Under the pieces are notes generated by a model. The model was not told where the DNA came from and did not search any database. It saw only the letters and a list, made by a program, of their open reading frames with translations. The position numbers and the translations under genes were made by a program. From a virus: a stretch of 36,763 nt of DNA. Location of the stretch: positions 1 to 36,763 of the IMG/VR virus record IMGVR_UViG_3300045988_134073. The stretch is one strand, 5' to 3'. Positions 25,701-32,726 of this stretch are shown here, piece after piece; position 1 is the first letter of the stretch; each line of letters starts with the position of its first letter.

Positions 25701-25849
25701 TTGAACACTTCTTGGTGCATTTTGTCTGCTTCATCTTTTGCCCCAGATAATACACCCTTAAGTTGTCGCGTTGTTGTCACCGCGCTCACCAATTGCTCTT
25801 TCCCGTCAATGGCGAGCCTTAGGTTGAACTTTATTTCCTTTGAAGCCAT
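22739..25849 (-). CDS. Tape measure protein
   Basis: 1036 aa, Ala/Gln-rich and helical, with central TM-like segments. Sits after the G/GT chaperones. Confidence 0.9.
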   Translation of the reverse strand: MASKEIKFNLRLAIDGKEQLVSAVTTTRQLKGVLSGAKDEADKMHQEVFKLNQAFSVWNNIKEASNGLNAALSSLAGSFQNVEVANQRLKTVMEERMKASSADIAAVQATIKAQTQLGILGGSVQKAGAQQVATFLTQRDALVTLIPAINDLVAQQKGLAATEQDAQNIGNLFGKVMQGQTSALKRVGITFTEAQERVLKMGTEQERAAMLAEVVTNNVGHMNAALGDTAAGAMKQFQNKLAGIKVKMGEVANQVQPYLSMASSFVVLASSAHKALLAIVAFGKAVGVTKALTLSIKQMRIAYIGLRATMNLCTAAVRVSRAQNISLAASFRTVAVASTTAKMAVRGFMASTVIGVAIAALGFAIEKLVNYFDSSTKSVKDNTEALNDNAEATTQADKIKSAVQNVQEEAATHYADEISKVRTLTAVIHDSNAIYADRMAAIKKLQSIVPGYQAQIQKDGTIFERNAAAVEKYIQKLQDLAMAEAAFDEVKKVYTNIIKLRIEKQKYEKQANDVDTELRRTHNGQGANELRNPVTLARQNVERPAAAADAVKQNGSLNFNYVRDTQKNQQAANAETANTLNKVTAYNMATGLAAKKGEEIKEQEDLVSAIFGSLTTSQKRNYNHIAANGGYGKGQPTLAKPNTSGGTGHPHASTPTPTTPTYDEKSLEWYDKEISKQKELAQSTNNLDAAKKAMAEATRLEGERKELAVKVGIEKPDAPEVKTALEALQDQLRAAQTDFDNAVTVEAKVAAMTKVDALQAQINEATNGRLTIEAEVEPQYTQRGSVGDKRKSYANAQAKTSRIKNDYDIGLISKEEAQKQVDDINKVLSSLKLKPITVDFDTKSVEKGTGKMREGAQSIQQLGSSIAQLGSQVQAPALNIAGVIAQSIATMVLGYAEASKDASKLTPFGWIAFAATGLATLLTMIASVKSATSGSYAHGGIIPGGSYSGDRLTANVNSGEMIINRRQQLQLWRMVQAPLASAPQYTTPSSMVPSLNLAALRNSFGAQRVDVNVSGRISGRDLQLISDKRNKITSRA

Positions 25850-25922
25850 ATATTTATAGATTTTTATTTGGTTGGTAATTTATAAAGTCACACCTTTGCA
25901 AAGGACTAATACCTTTTGCGAT

Positions 25923-26261
25923 ATGAAAAGCGAACAAATCCCGAAAGAGATTAAAGCAGAGTTTAGCAGCGAAGTAAAAGAAACAATACCCTCAGAAAAG
26001 AAGAAAAAGCGAAACAAAAGAGCTTTATGGGTAAGCACCTATTTGGGTTATGCTTCATTCTTTTTCTTTTGCGATAGCATATACTTTTACGCTACAACAG
26101 AAACGTGGACAGACGCTCGTGTCTTTTTTGTAGCAGCATTCATGGCCCTGTCGATCCTCTTATTCTTTGCCTCAGCAGTGGCCGACTCGTATTACGATTT
26201 CCCTGATTATAAGGATATTAAACGTAGTAATGGTGGTGAGAACGACTACGATTATTTGTAA
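25923..26261 (+). CDS. Small two-TM membrane protein (plus-strand moron)
   Basis: Start trimmed to MKSEQIPKE. Two hydrophobic helices, AT-rich, and on the opposite strand inside the tail module. Confidence 0.5.
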   Translation: MKSEQIPKEIKAEFSSEVKETIPSEKKKKRNKRALWVSTYLGYASFFFFCDSIYFYATTETWTDARVFFVAAFMALSILLFFASAVADSYYDFPDYKDIKRSNGGENDYDYL

Positions 26262-26290
26262 AGCACATAGTGGCCTCCAAAGCCGCCTTA

Positions 26291-26964
26291 TTATTGATCC
26301 TTCAACCCCTTCATCAAGCTAACAAGCCGCTCACGCGCCTCGTCTTTACCGACTGGTGGCACGTGGGCGGCTTGCGTTGTTTGAGTCTGGTCGTTGTCCC
26401 AAGGCAAGGGCAATAGCGTGTCGGGGGTGAGGCGGTTCTTTACGTGTGGTTGAATGGTAATGGTGGCGAGCATACGCATACGTTCCCACCCGTCGTGCAT
26501 GACCATTTCGTGGCTTGTAGCGTAGCTATCGGCCACGGCCGTCCACTCCTCAGGCGTAAGCCCTTGCCAGTCGCGCAGCGTAAGCCCCACCGCCCCCAGT
26601 GCAAAGCCTAATTGCTCGGTGATGCAGAAGGGCTTTTTTTTTCGCCTTCGGTCGTGGCCTCAGCCTCAGCCGCCTCCGCTTGCATAGCGGCCGTCCATTG
26701 GTTTAGCTCGTCGGGACTGATGAGGTCGGCAAACTCCTCCAGCGTGAAGTTAAACTCAATGCCGTCAGCCGCTGACGCTGATGCTGTGCAGCAGTAGAGG
26801 AACGTAAGCAAGTCGGTGAGGTCGTTCGTCATCTCAGTAGCCTCACGTCCTGTTTCGCGCTTAAAGCGCAAGAATGCCCCCATTGTCTGGCGACAAGGGA
26901 AACCCATAATCTTCATTTCGCGTCGTGCGGTGGCTATTGTGCTGCCTTTCTTTTGTGGTGTCAT
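26291..26964 (-). CDS. Tail assembly chaperone GT fusion (programmed -1 frameshift)
   Basis: The ORF at 26291-26590 is in the -1 frame relative to 26608-26964. That frame stays open from the A9 slippery run onward. Confidence 0.7.
26608..26964 (-). CDS. Tail assembly chaperone G
   Basis: 118 aa immediately upstream of the tape measure region, with an acidic C-terminus. Confidence 0.75.
   Translation of the reverse strand: MTPQKKGSTIATARREMKIMGFPCRQTMGAFLRFKRETGREATEMTNDLTDLLTFLYCCTASASAADGIEFNFTLEEFADLISPDELNQWTAAMQAEAAEAEATTEGEKKSPSASPSN
26634..26642 (-). other. Slippery site A AAA AAA (A9 run)
   Basis: The minus strand reads GGC GAA AAA AAA AGC, 8 codons before the G stop codon. Confidence 0.7.
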
Positions 26965-26983
26965 AGTGGTGAAGTATTTCTTT

Positions 26984-27796
26984 CTATTCTAAATTGTTAA
27001 TTATTTGTCGCTCTCGCTCTGATAAGCAGAACACGATTGTTTCCTTTTTGGCCTTTAGCTCTGCGGCCTTATCGTCCGATATTAATAGTCCACCACCGAA
27101 AATGCACTTTTTAAGTGGCTGTTGCGCGTCAAGGCGACAAGTAAAGGCCGCTTCTTTTTTTAGCAATAGGAAGGGGACATGGTGGCCTATCTTGTGTAGC
27201 CGCGCCGCCGTGACGACGTTGTCGGGATAGGAGTAGACGGGGTATGTTACCTTCTCTCGCTCCTCCTTTCGATGCTCTTTTTGTGCGTTATCGAGCATTT
27301 GATATAAGTCGGGGGCGGTCATCGCTTTGATCCCGTCAAGGAAAGGAGAGTTGGTAATGAATGCGGTGCTGACCGCCGCCCCATTCTCATAAATAACTGT
27401 TAGGTTGAGTATGATTGCCGTGAGGTCGGACTCGTCGCGCAGATAGTTGAATACAATCAGAGAGGGAGCGAACAAAAAGAAAGTAATATTGTGCTGCTCA
27501 TAAAAGCGGATAATGTGTGACAATATCGAAAAGGGCGGGTTATCAACCACCACCGCCCCTGGTGGGTATTGCCCTAAATCGGTAAAATCAGCGCCAGGCC
27601 AAAAGGGGCGTACTATGGGCGTGTCGGGGGTGATGTACGCTTTCGCTTGTAACCATTTAATTAAAGTGTCGTAAATGTACGAGGGCGTGTAGCAATCGTC
27701 TGTTGTCTTCTTAGGCTTAAAATTACCGATAAAGCCTTCGTAGTCAATATGCAGCTCTTTAATGCTCTTCCCTCTAAGTTTGCTTGGGTGTGCCAT
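26984..27796 (-). CDS. Putative N6-adenine DNA methyltransferase
   Basis: VVVDNPPFS matches motif IV, (D/N)PP(F/Y). DDCYTP lies near the N-terminus. Confidence 0.5.
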   Translation of the reverse strand: MAHPSKLRGKSIKELHIDYEGFIGNFKPKKTTDDCYTPSYIYDTLIKWLQAKAYITPDTPIVRPFWPGADFTDLGQYPPGAVVVDNPPFSILSHIIRFYEQHNITFFLFAPSLIVFNYLRDESDLTAIILNLTVIYENGAAVSTAFITNSPFLDGIKAMTAPDLYQMLDNAQKEHRKEEREKVTYPVYSYPDNVVTAARLHKIGHHVPFLLLKKEAAFTCRLDAQQPLKKCIFGGGLLISDDKAAELKAKKETIVFCLSERERQIINNLE

Positions 27797-27820
27797 AGTG
27801 GTGGTGTGTTTCTTTTATTG

Positions 27821-28396
27821 TTATTCCTTAAATTGTCGGTTGGCTATGATCAAGATAAGAGTCACGGCCAGTAGTGCCAGTGCGGCCCACACGTTCCACG
27901 TGCGGCCACACGTTCCACGTGCGGCCGCGCGTTGTAGGTCGGTGCTAAGCGTCTTGACGGTTGATTGTAGTTGCGTGTTGGCCGTCTGGAGTCGTTCGGC
28001 CTCAGCCTGATAGTACATGCAGAGCCGCTGCAGGCTATCGCAGCCGCCCTCGATGATGATAGAAGCGGGCCGTCCCTTCTCATCGCGCTTTAGGCTCGCC
28101 TTCAAGTGGGCGCGTCCACTCGCGGCCGTAAAGCTCGCCCCCTCTGGTAAGGAGAGGAGGGTGGAGTCGAGCCTCAGCTCAAGGCGTGTAGTGTCAGCCC
28201 TTATCGGTTGCGTCCAAAGAGCGGTTGTCGTCCGCTCGTGCTGAGTCACGCTGTCTGTAGTCAGTACGTTTTGACTTTGCGCGGCTTGTAGCGTTGCCGT
28301 CGTCGTCGAGCGACAACTCATCACTAACAGGACAGTTGTTACTATGAGGACAACGCTGAATAGCTTGAATGGCACGTGTAAGGCGGTTGAGCGCAT
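27821..28396 (-). CDS. Lipoprotein with C-terminal TM helix (u-spanin-like)
   Basis: Start trimmed to MRSTALHVPFKLFSVVLIVTTVLLVMSC, a signal peptide with lipobox Cys. The C-terminal TM helix is VWAALALLAVTLILIIA. Lies in the lysis cassette. Confidence 0.5.
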   Translation of the reverse strand: MRSTALHVPFKLFSVVLIVTTVLLVMSCRSTTTATLQAAQSQNVLTTDSVTQHERTTTALWTQPIRADTTRLELRLDSTLLSLPEGASFTAASGRAHLKASLKRDEKGRPASIIIEGGCDSLQRLCMYYQAEAERLQTANTQLQSTVKTLSTDLQRAAARGTCGRTWNVWAALALLAVTLILIIANRQFKE

Positions 28397-28634
28397 AGCG
28401 TATGCGCTTATTCTCTTCGCCCAGTGCGTCCATTTTCTTTGTACTTCCATCTACTTTCTTTTGCGTTTCTAATAGTTCGCGGCTCACGTCTTCATACATG
28501 AGCTTATACGTATCGTGTACGCTCTTGGCCGTATCGGCCTTGCGCGCACTGCGGTTGGCAAACCATGCTATGGCGGCACCAATGCCCCCCGAAGGTATTG
28601 CCCACTGGATTATTTGTAAGATAGTGTCCGCCAT
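28194..28634 (-). CDS. N-terminal TM plus coiled-coil protein (holin or i-spanin-like)
   Basis: Start trimmed to MADTILQIIQWAIPSGGIGAAIAWFA. Overlaps the next ORF by about 200 nt in another frame. Confidence 0.45.
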   Translation of the reverse strand: MADTILQIIQWAIPSGGIGAAIAWFANRSARKADTAKSVHDTYKLMYEDVSRELLETQKKVDGSTKKMDALGEENKRIRYALNRLTRAIQAIQRCPHSNNCPVSDELSLDDDGNATSRAKSKRTDYRQRDSARADDNRSLDATDKG

Positions 28635-28650
28635 TCTTCCTTTCTTTCTT

Positions 28651-28797
28651 GTTGACGAGTTCACAGGTAAGTTTGTTGACGAGTTCACGAGTTGACGAGT
28701 TAACAGGTAAGTTTGTCTTGTGAGCTAACTTACTCGTCAACTTGTTAACTCGTCAACTTGTTAACTTGTTAACTCGTCAACTTGTCAACTTGTCAAC
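28651..28797. repeat. Zipper hairpin R5 (gttgacgagtt(a/c)ac units)
   Basis: The left arrays pair with gttaactcgtcaac arrays. The centre is near 28714-28725. Confidence 0.85.
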
Positions 28798-29259
28798 TTA
28801 TAAGTTTACTCCAATCTCGTTGAGCCACTTCTTTACGTCGAACGAAGGGCAAGCCTTACTGGGGTTCAACTGATTGTGGCCAACGATTTTGACCGTAGGG
28901 AAGCGGCGGTGGAAGTCCTTGACGTAGGCCTCAAGGGCGGTGCGTTGAGCAGCGGTGCGTGTGTCCTTCGGCCTCATCTGCCTATCGCAACCGCCTGCGT
29001 AGACGATGTGGCGCGATGTGGAGTTGTAGCCGCTTGCGCCATTGGTCACCTCCCAAGGGTCGACTATCAAGTCTTCATTATTCTTGACGAGCCTCTCTAT
29101 GCGGCCGTCGAGGTGGACGAGGTCGGTATATCCTACTTGCTTCCAACCATGACCTCCTTTGCTTACGGGGTCGCAGTGCCAGTGGCGTATGTCGGCCGCT
29201 GTCACCTCACGGCCTTCAGGAGTGGCGGTGCAGTGGATTACGAGACGTTTTAGTTGCAT
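28798..29259 (-). CDS. N-acetylmuramoyl-L-alanine amidase (endolysin, PGRP/T7-lysozyme type)
   Basis: Motifs LVIHCTATPEG, GW..VGY and GHNQL..KACPSFDV. Confidence 0.85.
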   Translation of the reverse strand: MQLKRLVIHCTATPEGREVTAADIRHWHCDPVSKGGHGWKQVGYTDLVHLDGRIERLVKNNEDLIVDPWEVTNGASGYNSTSRHIVYAGGCDRQMRPKDTRTAAQRTALEAYVKDFHRRFPTVKIVGHNQLNPSKACPSFDVKKWLNEIGVNL

Positions 29260-29261
29260 AG

Positions 29262-29427
29262 GGTTAATGTGCTAATGCGTTAATGTGCTAATGCGTTAAT
29301 GTGCTAATGTGCTAATGTGGTAATGTGCTAATGTGGTAATGTGCTAATGTGCCAATGTGTTAATGTGCTAATGTGTTAATGAGTGGCGCAGCCATTAGCA
29401 TATTAACACATTAGCATATTAGCACAT
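29262..29427. repeat. Zipper hairpin R6 (gctaatg(t/c) arrays, centre gagtggcgcagcc)
   Basis: Left arm 29262-29380 (119 nt), centre 29381-29393, right arm 29394-29427 (34 nt). Confidence 0.9.
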
Positions 29428-29904
29428 TTATTTAGTCTGCGCTGCAGCGGCGGCATCCATACCAGGGAACTTAGTAGGCATGCCCGCGTTCTCGAGGTTA
29501 ACGCTATATGTGGCGTCGTCCTGCGCTGGAGCATCCTCCTCGATAGAGGTGATCACAAACTTTCCTTCGAGGTAAGGGGTTTGAGTACCTGCCTTGCCGT
29601 CGCCACGTGGGAAGCACTTCACGTCAACGGCCTTACCTACGCCCCAAGAAGCAGAAATCTCGGTGAAGCCGCTCTCCGTCTCATCGTAGAAGCGGAGGCC
29701 GTCGGCACTAATTGTGATAGAAAGTCCTGTAACGCTCTTGTCCTTCCAAAGTCCTGCACCCGCGCCTTGCGTTGCTACAGGCTTCACGGCTCTCTCCTTT
29801 GTCTCAGAGTTGTACGTTACTTTGTGGCTTGAACAGTGACCTACGGCCTTGCCGTCTATTGAGAGCAAGAGGTCACTACCATTGATATAACCAGTGTTTG
29901 CCAT
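29428..29904 (-). CDS. Major tail protein
   Basis: 158 aa in the expected position. The N-terminus MANTGYINGSDLLLSIDGKAVGH resembles phi13/TP901-type major tail proteins. Confidence 0.7.
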   Translation of the reverse strand: MANTGYINGSDLLLSIDGKAVGHCSSHKVTYNSETKERAVKPVATQGAGAGLWKDKSVTGLSITISADGLRFYDETESGFTEISASWGVGKAVDVKCFPRGDGKAGTQTPYLEGKFVITSIEEDAPAQDDATYSVNLENAGMPTKFPGMDAAAAAQTK

Positions 29905-30184
29905 AATGTGTTATGAGTTTAATGAGTTGATGAGTTTAATTAGTTTAATGAGTTGATGAGTTTAATTAGTTTAATGAGTTTAATGGGTTTAATGAGTTAA
30001 TACTTGCACAATGTCTTAAGGCTTTTGCCCTTACAGGGCGCGACTGCTCCAACGCGTGATACCCAGGGTGTCGCTTCGCTTGCCCTGGGCTATGTGCTCC
30101 ATTGGGCTTTCAGCCCGCCCTTGCTAAATCTGAAACTTGAATAAACTTATTAAACTCACTAAACTTATTAAACTAATTAAACTC
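29905..30184. repeat. Zipper hairpin R7 (gagtt(t/g)aat arrays) with REP copy C in its loop
   Basis: Left arm 29905-30003, REP element 30013-30132, right arm 30133-30184. Confidence 0.85.
30013..30132. repeat. REP/MITE-like element, copy C (inverted relative to A)
   Basis: Reverse complement of 1-120 with about 4 mismatches. Confidence 0.85.
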
Positions 30185-30740
30185 CCTTCTTCGCCGCCTT
30201 ATCGACGTTGCGCTCGAAGTCAGTCCAAAGGCGCTGCTCGATGCCAGCCGCTTCGGTCTGCTCGGTCATGGCGAGAAACTTATACGGAGACATACGCCCC
30301 GTGCTATGGCCTGAGCGGCTATAGTCGCGCCACTTCTTCTGAGCGAAGCGGCCTTGGCGATATTGCGCGTTGCCCTTGCGACGGCCCACGTTGCGCTGTT
30401 TCGTACCTTCCTCAGCAAATAGGAGTACAGGCTTCTGCTTGCCCTGTCGGTTGGTATGTATGCCCTTCTTCGCTCCGTGGGGCTTAACGCTCACCATAAA
30501 GCCCGTGCCGTAGCGCTTGGGGTAGAGGCGAGCGTAAACGCCCTTGTCCACCCCCGTCTTGGTCGAAAGGCCCGAAGTGCGCACCTTCGTCTGTGCTGCC
30601 TTCTTTAGGCGATTGGCCTCACGCCTCATCGAGGCGGCAATGGCCTTGCGCTGCTCCTTAGGCGAGAGGCTGGCGTAAAGCTTTGCCAATTCGCGTTGGA
30701 AGGTCTGCAGCGCTTTCTCGTTGTCGTTATCCATTAGCAA
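30177..30740 (-). CDS. HK97 gp10-like tail/head-tail component
   Basis: 187 aa. Called from position and basic composition. Confidence 0.5.
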   Translation of the reverse strand: MLMDNDNEKALQTFQRELAKLYASLSPKEQRKAIAASMRREANRLKKAAQTKVRTSGLSTKTGVDKGVYARLYPKRYGTGFMVSVKPHGAKKGIHTNRQGKQKPVLLFAEEGTKQRNVGRRKGNAQYRQGRFAQKKWRDYSRSGHSTGRMSPYKFLAMTEQTEAAGIEQRLWTDFERNVDKAAKKGV

Positions 30741-31111
30741 CGGAGTTTAAAGGAGAGTGACTGCAAGTAAGCATCGTCCGTCCACGACTCAGCGGCATCG
30801 ACTAAGTAAGACGAACGGACGGTCAACCCTGCCGAGGTGGTAATGCTCACGTTGTCAAGCGCTTCGCGTACGGCCTCAGCCAAAGCCACAGAGCCATTGT
30901 AAGTAGCGGCATAACAATCCACTACGATCGTGGCCGTATCGGCACTTTGAGCATGTTTGGCAACGGCCGTTTCGAGGGCCTCGCGATGATAGCAGACGTA
31001 AGGAAGCACGGCCTCATCTGTCACGACGGGAAATACTTTCGTTACTTTATCAGCTAACCTTTCGCTCAGCACCTCGTAGACGGCAGTGCCTGCGCTTAAT
31101 ACTGTTTTCAT
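30734..31111 (-). CDS. Tail completion protein (DUF3168-like)
   Basis: 125 aa between the head-closure gene and the gp10-like gene. Confidence 0.45.
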   Translation of the reverse strand: MKTVLSAGTAVYEVLSERLADKVTKVFPVVTDEAVLPYVCYHREALETAVAKHAQSADTATIVVDCYAATYNGSVALAEAVREALDNVSITTSAGLTVRSSYLVDAAESWTDDAYLQSLSFKLRC

Positions 31112-31552
31112 TACTTTAGGTGTTAGGGATTAGTGATTAGTGATTAGGTGTTAGGGATTAGTGATTAGTGATTAGGTGTTAGGGATTAGGGATTAGTGAT
31201 TAGGTGTTAGGGATTAGGGATTAGGGATTAGGGATTAGTGATTAGGTGTTAGGGATTAGGGATTAGGGATTAGGGATTAGTGATTAGGTGTTAGGGATTA
31301 GGGATTAGGGATTAGGGATTAGTGATTAGGTGTTAGGGATTAGGGATTAGGTGTTAGGGGTTGGGGGTAGGTTGGGGGTAGGTTGGGGGTAGGTTGGGGT
31401 CAGGGGGCTAAAAAGTTTGTTTTTGTGGGGAGCGAGGCATAAGGAGACCTTTTAACCCCCTAATCACTAATCACTAACACCTAACACCTAATCACTAATC
31501 ACTAACACCTAACACCTAATCACTAATCCCTAACACCTAACACCTAATCTCA
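31112..31552. repeat. Zipper hairpin R8 (gattag(g/t) and gtgttagg units plus G-tract repeats), 441 bp
   Basis: Left arm about 31118-31350. taggttggggg repeats at 31357-31408. Right complementary arm at 31456-31550. Confidence 0.9.
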
Positions 31553-31858
31553 TCACACGTTGACGCGCTGACAGAGGAGCGACAGCATTCCCTTACTGCG
31601 GTTAGGCTCAATGGCCATAACGGTGTAGAGGTGTTCGCCCATGAGCTGCACGCGCCACCCCTCACCAATGGGGTGTACATCGCGTATGCGGAAGGTCACG
31701 GTGTAAGCGGCAAAGTGTTCGCCCACCTCTTCACTCCGATTGCCCGCCCACTTGACGCGCTCGGCCCAAATCGTTCGGGTCGGGGCGAAAGTGGTTTGCT
31801 CTTCGCCATATTCGTTCGTCGTCTGAACGGGGCGAAAGAGTTGTAAGTGATATCTCAT
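31553..31858 (-). CDS. Head closure / head-tail adaptor protein
   Basis: Start at MRYHLQLFRPVQTTNEYGEE, with an ATGA overlap to the upstream stop codon. Typical head-tail joining pattern. Confidence 0.65.
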   Translation of the reverse strand: MRYHLQLFRPVQTTNEYGEEQTTFAPTRTIWAERVKWAGNRSEEVGEHFAAYTVTFRIRDVHPIGEGWRVQLMGEHLYTVMAIEPNRSKGMLSLLCQRVNV

Positions 31859-32169
31859 TCCTCCCGCACGCATAGTCTTCTGTATTGTTTGATGATAGAT
31901 GAAGCGCCCCACGGGATTTCACTGTACTGCTGCGGAGCATCGTTTTCGCGGTGGTCGTAGGCCGAGCCTCCTACCAACAGAATAGCTTGCACCAAGGGGG
32001 CGGGCAGTGACCCACCGCCCATTAGCTTTAGCTCATCGAGTGTGCGGTTTGTAGCGCGCACCACTGAAGCCTCAGCGGCATCAAGGCATTGCTGTAGGTA
32101 GTCGTCGTCGTCGCTAAAATCATCGGCGCGAACGTGTTTTTTAAATAGGGATAGGGCTACTTCTGACAT
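31855..32169 (-). CDS. gp6-like head-tail connector
   Basis: 104 aa with the motif ADDFSDDDDYLQQCLDAAEASV. Confidence 0.65.
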   Translation of the reverse strand: MSEVALSLFKKHVRADDFSDDDDYLQQCLDAAEASVVRATNRTLDELKLMGGGSLPAPLVQAILLVGGSAYDHRENDAPQQYSEIPWGASSIIKQYRRLCVREE

Positions 32170-32251
32170 AATATGAATGTGTGCTTAGTCTCTAAAGATT
32201 ACTATTTCCATGACTTATCATTACAAATGTGGCTCTTCGTGCGCTCCGTTA

Positions 32252-32317
32252 CCCATCACCGAGAAGTTGAAAACCCCTCACCGAGAAGTCTGAAACCCAT
32301 CACCGAGAGGTAGAGAG
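32252..32317. repeat. Three 22-bp direct repeats (ccc(a/c)tcaccgaga(a/g)gt...)
   Basis: Copies at 32252-32273, 32274-32295 and 32296-32317. There is no inverted partner. Confidence 0.8.
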
Positions 32318-32336
32318 CGCATCGCTGAGCGCGTCG

Positions 32337-32714
32337 CTACGACATTGCGTACTGTGCTTGCTCTTGCAACTGCTTGTTGAGCGTGCTTGAGGGGAGGAAC
32401 GCGACGTGGAGCGAGCGAATGTGCTTCGCGCTTACATCGTCTTTGTTCATCTCGCCCCCATTTGAGCGCAATGTAGTGCGGAATGAGCCAAGTGAGCCAA
32501 GCTTTACCATACCGCCACTTTGTAACTTTTCGGCAATGGCCTCCTCAAAGGCGCAAAGGGCCGTGAGTACGTCGGCATGGGTGAAGGTGGTTGACTCGCT
32601 TATGCGCTCGCAAAGTTTGTCGCGCGTGATAGTACCGCTATAGCTGATAGCGGGGTAGTAGCGCCACTTTTGGTCGCGTGAGTTCTTGATACTACGTGTT
32701 ACTAATTTAATCAT
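32337..32714 (-). CDS. HU-like DNA-binding-fold protein (Bacteroidota HU-HIG type)
   Basis: 125 aa containing ...ALCAFEEAIAEKLQSGGMVKLGSLGSFRTTLRS... Confidence 0.6.
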   Translation of the reverse strand: MIKLVTRSIKNSRDQKWRYYPAISYSGTITRDKLCERISESTTFTHADVLTALCAFEEAIAEKLQSGGMVKLGSLGSFRTTLRSNGGEMNKDDVSAKHIRSLHVAFLPSSTLNKQLQEQAQYAMS

Positions 32715-32726
32715 GATTGTAGAGCT

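Noticed and set aside
31118-31350. A true telomere-type function for the TTAGGG-containing heptamers.
   Set aside because: The genome is circular or cos-type. The unit is a 7-mer mixed with other units and has a complementary array downstream. The resemblance to eukaryotic telomeres is probably superficial.
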